From positions 62,001 through 126,000 of the forward strand of contig NIVC01001413.1 in the NCBI GenBank assembly GCA_002269645.1: DNA of 64,000 bases, in the 5' to 3' direction. Source of the stretch: Macrostomum lignano. Taxonomy: Eukaryota. Positions 32,861-53,372 of this stretch are shown piece by piece; the stretch's first letter is position 1; each line of letters starts with the position of its first letter. The notes beneath the pieces are model-generated. The model searched no databases and was not told the DNA's origin. It was given only the letters and a program-made list of their open reading frames with translations. The translations under genes were made by a program, and so were the position numbers.

Positions 32861-33728
32861 GCAAAACAACAACAAACAACAACAAATTACACAGCCCCGC
32901 AATCAAGGCCACAGAGCAGGGTGCGTCAGATGGCGCGCCGCAGAGCCTGAGAGCGGACGAAGTCCGCCCCGTTGGCAGTGTCGGGCGCCCTGGCGTCGCA
33001 CAGCAGGCAGTCCACGTATCGACGGGTTCGGGCCTGACTCCGCCTGAGCGGGCCCTGCAGGGTGAGCAGCAGGACGTCCTGAACAGGCCCAGATCTCGTG
33101 GCCCGCCAGTTGAAGTCACCGCCGACGCAGGATGATGGACGGGGCGCTGCAGCTTGGCCCGATTGTTCAGGGCCTCGGTCCCGACGCTCTCGTCAGCTCA
33201 AAAGGCCGCACGGAGCAGCCCTGAGTGCGCCGAGTCCAGCTGCCGTTCCAGCGTAGCCGTAAGCGTCCACGTCTCGGCTTTGTAGAGCAGGACGGGTTCG
33301 AGCACCGCCTGTCACAGCCGAGCCCTCTGGCGGTCGGGCAGCGCTTTGGACTGGAAGACGGCCTGGATCAAACGGAAGGCCGCCCAGGCAAGTCCTCGGT
33401 GCCGCCGGAGGTTTTCGTCCACGTGAGGCACCAGACCGTCAAGGTAGGTGAACCGCTGGCAGCGTGCGAGCCTGGTCGTCTGCCCGTCTGCACCGCGGCA
33501 TGTTAGGTCCGCTGGGATGTCGGCCGGCACAGTCAGCACCTCGGTTTTTAGCGTGTTGACAACCAGTCCGACGCTCGATGCCACCTCAACCAGTCTGACG
33601 ATCTGGCGCTGAGCGCCTTCAACGGACGAGGACAGGAGGGCGAGGTCGTCGGCGTAGCCAAGCACGCTCAGGCGCTTTTCGCCGTGGCGGCGACTGATGC
33701 GTCTGCGCAGCAGGAAGCCGTCGTATAG
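32861..33728 (-). mobile_element. 5'-truncated RTE-clade LINE fragment
   Basis: LGYADDLALL..GLVVNTLKTEV..FTYL RT C-terminus; (TTG)n tail at the low-coordinate end; flanking direct repeat AACTGCA (32854, 33729). Confidence 0.75.
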
Positions 33729-35358
33729 AACTGCAACAACTTGTTGCAGCCAGCTTTCAGCATCAGTCGGAAGGGAACCTCTGTAGTTAATGCGTTTGTG
33801 CAGCTGGCGCCCCTCTGTAGCTGGCGCCCACTCTGTAGCTGGCGTCCCCTTTGTAGCTGGCGCCCCTTTGTAGCTGGTTTCCGTTAGAAAATGTTTAGGG
33901 CAGGCGATCGAGTGATTCTCGCGCTATAAAAACACGGTCGGTTAGCAAAGAAAAATTGAGGTAATTAAAAATTAGGGCCCAAAGAGCAGCAAAGCAAAAA
34001 AAGCAAAAGTGCATGTGCCTTAAATAATCAGACCGGGGTCGCCTCACAGTCCAGGGGCCGTTTCGCCGTCACGGGAGCTGTCTTCAGCGGAGTTCGTCGA
34101 TGTCGTCCGTGTCGGTGTTAGAGCAAGTTATTCAAGGGCGGAGGCTTATGGTTGTTTGTCGAGGATACCCGCTTTGGCGATTGGGGAAAGTCTCTTGAGA
34201 TTTGCCCGGGTGGATCAGGTTGACCAGAGGGCCAAGTTGATCAAAGCGGGGTCAAATAAAAAGGCTCATGCATGGACATGTATTTATAAGCCCGAGAGTC
34301 ACGTGAAATGTCCCGTGACTTCCACTGCTAGGCAACCCAGTGATAATTGCCGTGCTGTGATTGGCTAAAAGGGAATCCTGGGTGCTGCAAAGAGGTGGCT
34401 GAGTCATCGAGGCCAGTTTACGGGTAATGAGGGATCTGAAAATAGGTGCCACTAAATCATAACTGATAAATATTTATGTCACGTTTGAATAGTGTTAGAA
34501 GATCCGATCCCGTCACGATTGATCGATCGAGAACAAAATTTAATTATGGAGTCGAATTTGTGCAATATGTGCATGTGAAAAAGCAATGCCTGCAGCTGAG
34601 TTTGAACATACCGGCAATGAAAATCGTCAATAAAATTGTAATTTTATTCTAGAATTTTCTGCTGGTTTGAATGGAAGGGTGATCATTCCGTAAATTACAC
34701 TACACTATAACAATAATTCACCCGTAAAACATTGAATCCAGCAGTCAATTTCTTACAGCAAGATTGATTTTTTTTACTGAACAGAAATTTACTGCTTGTA
34801 AAGTAAAAAAACGCGACAAAAATTATATGACGCGATAAAGCAAAGGAGAAATCGGTTAAATTAAATCGCAAAGCACTGCTGCACAAGATTCCAAAGAACA
34901 CGACTCAATTTACTACATGACCATTCTGCCGTTTAATCTGAAAGATTCATAAGGTATGGAAGTAAATTCGGAATAGTCATCAGACTAAAAATGCATGCTT
35001 GTATAATTTTACATTATATATATAAACAGATTTTTTGGTCTTGTAACTTTTTATGGCATTGGATTTATAAACATTGTATGAAACTTTGTGCACGTGTAGA
35101 TAACGTGTAGATCAGTTTTTAATATTAAATTTCATTTTTAAATAGAAAATATTTTGCATGATATACTATTTCTATTATTTAAACATTCATATTAGACATA
35201 AACTAAGTGTCATGCAAAATTTAAATTTCTGGTACATTTGTTATAGCCACTGTATCATATAAAATACGATAACCACTTGCTATATATAAATAGCTAGCTA
35301 AACATATTACGCGTATATATTTAAAAGTAAATTTATTAACCTAACAAACTATTTTAGC

Positions 35359-44462
<9,104 letters not shown>

Positions 44463-44892
44463 ATAAGTGGCTGTATTGTCTGTCCTAGAGCTGCTTTTGT
44501 AAATCAAGCTCAAGATTTTAGGCAAAGCAGGGACAACTAAAACACTTTTTTAGTTGTCCCTGAAGCAAAGATTCTCATTTTGTTTAGTGCATCAAGTACG
44601 TCATTCTGCATGCAGTATAACTACAACGTCTTTTAATTTTCTGTCACTCGCAGTCAGAACCAAAAGCTGTTAAATCATTTTATTTGTCGCGTTCTACTCG
44701 AAGCATTTTCGAGTTGAATTAATGTCATACTTCATAATATTCGAATAAATAGCATGCACAGGCACATTGTATCTGAGATGCATTTTCTTGACACAATTAA
44801 TTAAAATCAGCTCAAAATGCTTTCCGTGACTGCAATCTTCTAAAACTTTCACTGCTTTATCTCCATCATCTCAAGATTTACCCATTTCTTAC

Positions 44893-45535
44893 TCTCCCAC
44901 ACCCTTCCCCACTCTCCCACACCCTTCCCCACTCTCCCACACCCTTCCACAACCTTTCCCACTCTCCTATACCTTCCCCACACTCCCACACCCTTCCCCA
45001 CTCTTCCACACCCTTCCCCACTCTTCCGCACTCTTCCCCACTCTTCCCCACGCTCCCACACCCTTTCCCACAGTCCCACACGCTTCCCCACTCTTCCGCA
45101 CTCTTCCCCACTCTTCCCCACGCTCCCACACCCTTTCCCACAGTCCCACACGCTTCCCCACTCTTCCGCACTCTTCCCCACGCTCCCACACCCTTTCCCA
45201 CACTCCCACACCCTTCCCCACTCTTCCCCACGCTCCCACACCCTTTCCCACTCTCCCACGCCCTTCCCCACACTTCCCCACCCTTTGCCACACTTCCCAA
45301 TCCTTTCTCACACCCTTTCCCACACTTCCACACCCTTTCCCACACTTCCACACCCTTTCCCACACTTCCACACCCTTTCCCACACTCCCACACCCTTCCC
45401 CACCCTTTGCCACACTTCCACACCCTTTCCCACACTCCCACACCTTTCCCCACACTTCCCCACCCTTCCCCACACTTCCCCACCCTTTGCCACACTTCCC
45501 AACCCTTTCCCACACCCTTCCCCTCTCCCCACACT
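44893..45535. repeat. C-rich, strand-asymmetric low-complexity tandem repeat (CCCACAC/CCTTCC variants)
   Basis: Direct reading; almost no G on the + strand. Confidence 0.9.
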
Positions 45536-45963
45536 CACAGTCACAGACCAAATTTGAAACCCACTTCAGTTATGGACAAAGAGAAACTATAGGCACTTCG
45601 TAAACACCCATTATTTCCTGGGTAATTTTTAGATTAACGAGAGTCTTGTCAAAAAGAAAATTGTTGAAGATCTTAATTAAAAAAAAATGCATTACAAAAT
45701 GTAAACTGTAAGATTTGGTTTTAAAGAAGAAAATTGGTTTCTTTGTGTAATCATGCTTTGTTTCTTGTAATTTTCATTCCCTCGTGGGATTCATATTAAA
45801 AGCTCTTAGCACAGGCTCCCTCATAAATTAATTTTTTCGCTGAAAACTACGTGTTGCAACTTTAATTGCTTTTAATATTAACTTTGAATTTGTACCAAAA
45901 GCAAGAAGACGCACAGAATATACAATAGCTTTTTCCAGCCCATTTTGGCGCATTTAATGGAAA

Positions 45964-46810
45964 GATAGTGCACGGCTTGCAAGTGCAACAACGCCTAGGA
46001 CCACGAGTGCGCGTAGCGCACGAGTGTCTATGGCGTTGTTGCACGCGCAAGCCGTGCTTCTATCACATTATCATATAGACTAGCCAACAGTGGCTATTCA
46101 TTTTTGTCTATGGCAATTTGCAAAGAACAGGGTTGAGGGAGGCAAGAAATATCTTTCTCTCCACTACAGCGCGATATTTGTTCGTCTCAGTGTGCGTTCA
46201 TTTGAAAACATGATTCATCTGTCACAATTCCCGGACAATTACATAACCGGCTTGACTACGGCGGAAATCGAGAAGCATGTAGAGCTAGCTCATGGACAGA
46301 CATTCGTTGATCGAGCGGACGATGTGCGATGATGAGCCGCTGTATGGAGCCAGTTCGTCTTCTGCGACCAACGATAAGTCTGTGGCTATCGTCGGACATC
46401 TGGCGATATGGATTCGGCGGGGGATGCTACGTCTATCTCCGAGGTCCCAAAGCGGGTGGCAAGTGTTGGAATGATGACGTCAGTCCAAAATGTCAAGGTT
46501 GACGTTCAAGCATCTTCGGCCGATACTGTTCGACCGGAGCTACATATTCATCTGAGTGGTAGTTTCAGCAATTGCAACTTCAAATTCGGTGATCAGTGAG
46601 TATACTGATGAGTACTGAGTGAGTTACTGAGTTTTCAAGTTACTACTAGAGCACTGACTACTAGACAAAGAGCTCGTTAAAAATGTTCAACTATTTGCTA
46701 CGTTTGCTTTTCGTAAAATATAAAGTTTGTGTTGTTGCATTATTGCACGCTGAAAGCCGCCAGCGTGCATTTTTGGCGCATTATTGCACCCTGATTGTCA
46801 ATTGTCTATG
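45964..46810 (+). mobile_element. Second Crypton-like non-autonomous remnant
   Basis: Hairpin with the same 23-bp core as 20053-20075; ORF remnant ending HIHLSGSFSNCNFKF, like the FxNCxF tail at 14542-14620; repeated GTCTATGG motifs. Confidence 0.45.
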
Positions 46811-46934
46811 GTAAAATCTCCATTATTTTGACTCAGTTGTTGGCTAGACTATATGATAATGTAATCCAAGATACGTTTGCCAATGCAACGGAGCTTTTGT
46901 CTATGGTAGCAAGGCTGGCACAGCGGCATTCAAG

Positions 46935-47330
46935 TTGGTCCAGCAAGCATCAATCCATAGTGGACCATATGCTAGGCTGTCTAACGAATGCCATTGGCTT
47001 GTGATCGAAGCTATCTACAGAGGTGAACACCCAAAAGACATTGCAAGGCTGCTGAATATAGAAGAAAATATGGTTTACAGCATCCATCAGCGTGTTAAAA
47101 CTCTGCCTTTGTTTGACGGTGCAGAAATGCAGCAGAAGTTGAAGGAACAGTTCCAGTAGGTTATCAGATTTCGACTATCGGCTGCCAGAGCTCTGGAAAA
47201 GCAACTGAAAATGGTTGGCACGAGCTCGACACGCTGATATTCCTGCGGTATATACGCAACAACCTGCAGACGGTTGCGAGAAGGAAGGAGTTTGCCGAAT
47301 GGCTCACGAGTGTTTGGACCAAACTGATGC
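46935..47330 (+). mobile_element. Tc1/IS630-like transposase N-terminal remnant
   Basis: GPYARLSNECHWLVIEAIYRGEHPKDIARLLNIEENMVYSI aligns by eye with the HTH of the 5487 transposase; stops follow. Confidence 0.5.
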
Positions 47331-48414
47331 TTGTTGGGCCACATTAAAATGGAATTCGCGTGTCAACTGTCAACTGTCTGTCTAAATGTCTGTGTCTGCA
47401 TGCAGCAGATAACTGAGTCTCAACTATACCGTGGCCAAATTCTCGTTTAGCATGTTTAAAGCTATAAAAAGTCCAGACAGTTCGTATCTCTTTAATATGC
47501 AGGTTAAGGTCGACATTGGACATTAAAAAAATAAACTTTTGAAGGTGCTACTTCGTTAAGCCTATAAAAAACATTGAAGAATGGGATAAAAAAATACAAA
47601 TTTGTAGCAGCAAAACGGGAGCTAATTACGATAATAAAGACAAATTTTCGGACACACAAAAACTGGCTAGTGAGACCATTGATCATGTCTATTTTTTTCT
47701 GTTTCTTCGCCAAAGCAGAGTCGCAAAAAGCGTCTGACTAATGAGTTATGCAAACTACAGATTGCACACGCAAACACCACATAAAGAAGCAGCAGAGATC
47801 GAAAAAATAGCCTGCTGACTTCCTATTCACTCAAGAGCAGGAAAGTCTGAATACTTCCGTCGAGCTGTCGCAAGTTAGATAAATATACAATATTTAAGCT
47901 TCACTGGCTTCCCAATTTTGTAACTGACATATGGCTGAGTAAGGAGCGAGAGTAGGGCTGGGTAAGGGGCCCGCCCTGCCTCTCTCTTGTCAGTTCAATT
48001 AGAGCTGTCAGCTGTGTTGCTGGATCGGCAGGGATCTGGATATCAGACTGCCCTGGTTCACAGTTGAATTGATTCACAGCTAATTTCAAATTCAGGCTGT
48101 GGTAGCGTTTTTTCAATATTCAAAAGAGATTTTTTTCTCATTAAGCTAACCTATAGTCTTGGCAAGAAATCAAGTTGAAATTTAATTGAAGTCCTGCATG
48201 TTCTGCATCTCTTTAGAGGGTTGCTTTAATTTATTAACCCATGGGGATTTAGGATCCCTAGAAATTCAGTAACTGACTATTGCGTTTTAAGCCATACTTA
48301 AGTCTTAAGTTCACTCGTCGTGACGTAAATATTATTCACGAATTCTACTGAGTAATCACTCAAACAAGAACGTGTTTAAGAGTCGTTCATAAACCAATTA
48401 AATATATTCATTAA

Positions 48415-48803
48415 TCGTGTCCAAAGTGTATACTAATCGTGTCCAAAGTGTACACTCATCGTGTCCAAAGTGTACACTAATCGTGTCCAAAGTGTACTAC
48501 ACTCATCGTGTCCAAAGTGTACTACACTCATCGTGTCCAAAGTGTACTACACTCATCGTATCCAAAGTGTACACTCATCGTATCCAAAGTGTACACTCAT
48601 CGTATCCAAAGTGTACACTCATCGTATCCAAAGTGTACACTCATCGTGTCCAAAGTGTACTACACTCATCGTGTCCAAAGTGTACACTCATCGTGTCCAA
48701 AGTGTACACTAATCGTGTCCAAAGTGTACACTAATCGTGTCTAAAGTGTACACTCATCGTGTCCAAAGTGTACACTAATCATATCTAAAGTGTACACTCA
48801 TCG
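48415..48803. repeat. 22/25-bp minisatellite (TCGTGTCCAAAGTGTACACTCA)n overlapping the GPCR stop codon
   Basis: Direct reading; the terminal unit encodes DECTL* on the minus strand. Confidence 0.92.
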
Positions 48804-50181
48804 TCCGATGCAGAACGATCTCCGATACAGTTAACTCCGCTATTAGTTACTAAGGCAGCGGTGACTATCGTGCCAGAGACCTGCGGTTGCGCAATCGGCG
48901 TTGTCGATTGGTGGCGCAGCAGCAACTGCAGCGGCTGCAGTTCACCGTTGCGAGCCTGCACCGCCTCGTGCTCGGAGCGCAAGCTATTCGCTTGAGCGCC
49001 GCACATGCTTGCCTGTTCCAGAGTCAGTCGGGTCGTAACGCCGCGACCACCGCAGCGCAGCACCCTGCCTCGGAACGTTCTAGACGACACGAAATAGGCC
49101 AGGAAATTTGTGGCATTATTAGCAAACATCAGCGTCTTGAGGACGTCCAGAGTGACTCGGGTTGACTCAGAACGGGTTAGCCAGCCGCTAACGCTGAGCA
49201 GTTGACCCAGGGAGGCGGGCAGGGTGGTACAAATGTGAATAACAGTCAGCACCGCCAATAGACGCATGATACTCTCAGGTTTCCGTCCGCGAGTTAGGTT
49301 AGACGATTCTGCAGGCTCAGTAGAAACTTCCAGTGCAGCCTGCACCACATCCTGCTGTTTCTTCTGCCTTTTCTGCTCCTCATCCTGGTTATTGGCCGCC
49401 ATTCTCCGTTTCCGCATAGTGGCATAAATGTACACATTGGAGACTAGCAGAACAGTGTACGGTACTACCAAGAATGTAATGACGTCAAGCTTAACAAACC
49501 AACGACCAAATTCTCGATCGTAGTCGCACTTTGTTAGCAACAATCGATAAGATTCGTTCGGTAGCTCGTTCAGCTCCGAGATGCTCACTGTGGTTGGCTT
49601 GCGCCGGAGTTCAGTGCCATTAATCTTGCCGCCAAGTTGGCTGGCAAGAAGCTGCACGCATCGGGTAGTGAAACGGAAGAAGCCAAGCGGCGCATTCTTC
49701 GCCACGATAGCCGCAGATACGACGCCGAACACTGCGGAAAAATTTCTCTTAGTGATCAGCCGGCTGGCCCGATTGTGATAGGCCACAAGAATGAAGCGCT
49801 CAACGCCGATGCCGCAGAGGGCGTAGACGGCCAAGTCGCTGACTGTGGCAACCACGGCCTGGTGCAGATGGCACAGTACCGGATGCTGATCGCGGATGTC
49901 CAACCCGACCGTCTCGGTCAGCCAGTATCTGAGCACGGCCAGCAGCAGCACGGCGCAGTCAACCAGAGCCAAAAACACCATCAGAAAGCGGGTGGTACCT
50001 CGCAGCGATCGGTCAGTGGCCTGCAGGTAGGCCGTGGCCGAATTGCCAGCAACCCCGCCAATTATGATTGCAGCTCCGAGCACTCGGAGCGACCATTCGG
50101 CGAGGCGGACAGCCAGGCTGCTTGAGTCGGTCGACAATGTGCCAGCATTGCAGACGGGAAGGCTGCTGATGTTATCGCTGC
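48785..50181 (-). CDS. Rhodopsin-family (class A) peptide-receptor-like GPCR; start not resolved
   Basis: Seven hydrophobic segments with GNS (TM1), LALVD (TM2), ERFILV (TM3), FLVVPYTVLLVSN (TM5) and NATNFLAYFVSSRTFR (TM7). No in-frame ATG without crossing TAG 50188-86; possible acceptor AG at 50183-82. Confidence 0.85.
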
Positions 50182-50460
50182 CTAACTAACTTAGTAAATC
50201 AGACATGTCGCTTGATCAAACTGAATTTAATTTACTATAATCCACTGCAGTTTGTTTTGGACATGCGATTAAATAGATAGCAGATAGCCGCCGAGATTTA
50301 AATGGATTCCCATTGGCTGCTCAAAATGAGGACCAATAATGACATTCTCGTTTGGCTTCTCAGAGTGATTCCAGTTTTGCAAGTAAATAAGCCTATTATT
50401 TAAGCATTGATACTCTCTATTAGAGTATTAGCTGCAGTATGCTAATATTTTGGCTGCAGG

Positions 50461-50548
50461 GGGTTGGTAGCCTAGTGGTTAGAGCGTCGGACTCAACACT
50501 GAAAGGTCATGGGTTCGATTCTTGACCAACTAGAAACAATTTGTGTCC
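50461..50548 (+). mobile_element. tRNA-derived SINE head (truncated)
   Basis: A box TAGCCTAGTGG and B box GGTTCGATTC, then AACAATTTGTGTC as in the 27405-27660 SINE; no acceptor stem. Confidence 0.65.
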
Positions 50549-50569
50549 TCGATAAAACATTTTGCCTCG

Positions 50570-50733
50570 ATAAAATGAGTACCTGTGGCGCTAAAATGAG
50601 TGCCTGCGGCGCTAAAATGAGTGCCTGCGGCGCCAAAATGAGTGCCTGCGGCGCCAAAAGTGTTAATGGCATAAGGCATAGCCAGCCAGGCCAACCCGCC
50701 CCCCCCAATTGAAAATTCGTGGCTACTCCGCTG
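50570..50733. mobile_element. hAT-type MITE end fragment with 4 minisatellite units
   Basis: AAAATGAGTGCCTGCGGCGC units and terminus GTGGCTACTCCGCTG. Confidence 0.6.
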
Positions 50734-52321
50734 CCTACACGGCAGTAAACAAATAAATTAGGCAAGCCAATTAATTACTCGTAAAACTTAATTATCACGA
50801 TTTCCAGGTTGCGGGATATTTTTTTATCGCGAGACACATTTTATAAAACGTAATAAACAACTGCCGACTTGTACGTCTTAAATATAGAAACAACGACCTA
50901 CTACAATATTTGTATGAAAAAAAGAATTTGTTTTTGATTTGATAAAAAGTTCCCAGAGTCAAGCTCAATCCGGACACCCATGCAGGTCGCTTTCCGCTCA
51001 TCGAATGTGTTAATTTTGAATGTTCGCTCGCAGGTCGAGGGTCCGCGGCTCAACAAACCTTTCTGGACCGATACGCTCCAACTGCTAATCGAAACTTAAG
51101 CAAATTTTTTTACAGCACGACTATAGTTAGTAGTTTTAGTTACGAGCGTAGACACAGGCGGCTGTGTTAAGGACATTACACATAATAAGGAAATTTTATC
51201 ATTCAACTAGTGGTGCACCCTGGCGCACTTTACAAGCGACATTGTCATACAACCGGCGAGAGGCATTGCTGCCCATTCCACCGACTCCCCTGAGCAGGCA
51301 CACAAGCGCGCGGATACGTACGCAGTCATACGCACAGGCACACACTCACACAGGAGTGTACAGCGGCCCTAACTTTATTTATCGTTAGGCATGTACACTT
51401 CACTGTGCCTTGGGGGTTGGCCCTCAAGCTGGGCGTTAAAAATCACACCAGAGCGCCGCGCTGGACAACTGGGCTACGGCCTCCTATGTATTGCAATACA
51501 GTTCAAAAGAGCCAATCAGATGATTGAGAACAAATCAACTAGAAACTATCTTCTAAAAACCAATCTACGCTCGTATTTTCTAAATCCTCCTAAAAACTAC
51601 TCAAGTTAAAAACTTAAAACGACCGTGGCGCTGGACTCTAAGATTCTAAGAAGGTGAAATCTGAATAAATATTATTGCAAGAAAAACAAGAACAGTCTCT
51701 ACTTCTACATAGGTATACTGAATTGCCAAAAGCAATCTTTCATCAAAGTTTATTTCTCATCGTTTCGGAATTCGGACCACACCGTTTCAAAGTAATGAAA
51801 ATAATAATTTTATTTTTCAACTTTTGACTGGTGAACTGAAATGAAAACTGACACAAAAGACCACTTTTATTTTGATCTGTTTGTTAGTAATGCAGCAGTG
51901 ATTTCTAACACTTTTCAAATAGCACTAAAAACTGCAGTCGGATGTTATCCTGCCATATTAAAGCGAGCAATGGCTGACACGTGACAAAATCAAATGTAAC
52001 TGAAATCTTCTCGGCTACAGAAAAAAATCATTCCTCTTTTTGTTTCCATGAAAGAGTTTGAATAGCCAAACCAAAGCAAACTGTTTTTGTAAAACCGCAA
52101 AACTTTCTAACGAAAAATCATAGAAGGTAAATAGAATCAGGAAAAGCAACAACACAAAGCAGAAGAGAAATGATTTCGAGAAAAATAATTAAGTAAACTT
52201 TACTTTCTATTCTAGGATGTGGACGACAGAAAAGTAACAAATAATTAAAGAAGAAAAAATTACCCGATAAACAGCAGCAAGTCACTACTTAGTCAGTACA
52301 GTAGTCAGTAATAGCCAACAC

Positions 52322-52765
52322 CACAGATACTAGAATAATAACTAGATGAGCCACTCAGCACATTTGCGTGTAAGCTACTTTCAGTTCAGTAGCAAGTTTA
52401 ACAGAAGCATTTTAATGTATTTTTAAACACAAAGATTATTTATTGGCTCTTACCCCCAGCTTCAACCCTCCAGCGGCGCCTTTTCACACCCCTCCCCGCC
52501 CCAATTTTTATTGCCCTGTCTCGGAATTGCAGCCTAAAGCTGCCATGTACATTTCAGTGGACTGGCCAATGTACATTATTGCTGAACCAATTAGCAAGTT
52601 GTTTACGCCTGCAAGCTTGGGCTTCTAAACTTAATAAGTCATTTCAGCTGCCTTTATTTTTATAAAATAGCTTCTGCATTCTTCTTTGCTACTGAACTGA
52701 AATTGGAAAGCTGTTTTACTAAGTATATATGCCCGAGTGGCCCATCTAGTTATTTTAGTACCTGC
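52322..52765. mobile_element. CACAG-ended MITE family, copy 2
   Basis: Same TIR and body as 26333, in the opposite orientation. Confidence 0.85.
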
Positions 52766-53372
52766 GGCAGAGACAAACAAAGCAGCCAAAATCGATATTT
52801 AAATAAACAAATCAAATAAATATTAGCAACAACGAACTGTCACTATTTTAATTGCAAGTCACAGACTTATGGTAATGGGCTCGAGAACTAATGTAGTTGA
52901 TAATTCTTTAATGAAAAATATGATTATTTTAACACAGTTTCCGGTGTTTAATTCCGGATGTAAATCGAATTTATGTATATAAAATTACAAAACTAATTGA
53001 AGGCAGGACAAGCTATTACAACAAAACTTGAATAATATCGAATTGACTGGAGACCGAATCAAATTGGAGTACAAAATTATCAATCAAATTTTTGTTAAAA
53101 ATAACTTCTACTTAATACTGGATTTGCTAATCTACCTTGGCAAAGCATTTTAATCTCAAGATTAACGTGTTATTTATAGGAAACATAAAAAGCTCTGCAT
53201 TGGCAGATTAGCAATCCCAATGTCGAAAAAAACAATTTGTCAAAACTCGGAGCAGTTCGGCTCTGATATTAAATTGACACTTTAAAAAATTACTGTCTAG
53301 CATCAGTTATCAGTCGAATTTCACAATTGTTTATTATTATTATTATTTTGTTAATTCTAAACTAAAATAAAC

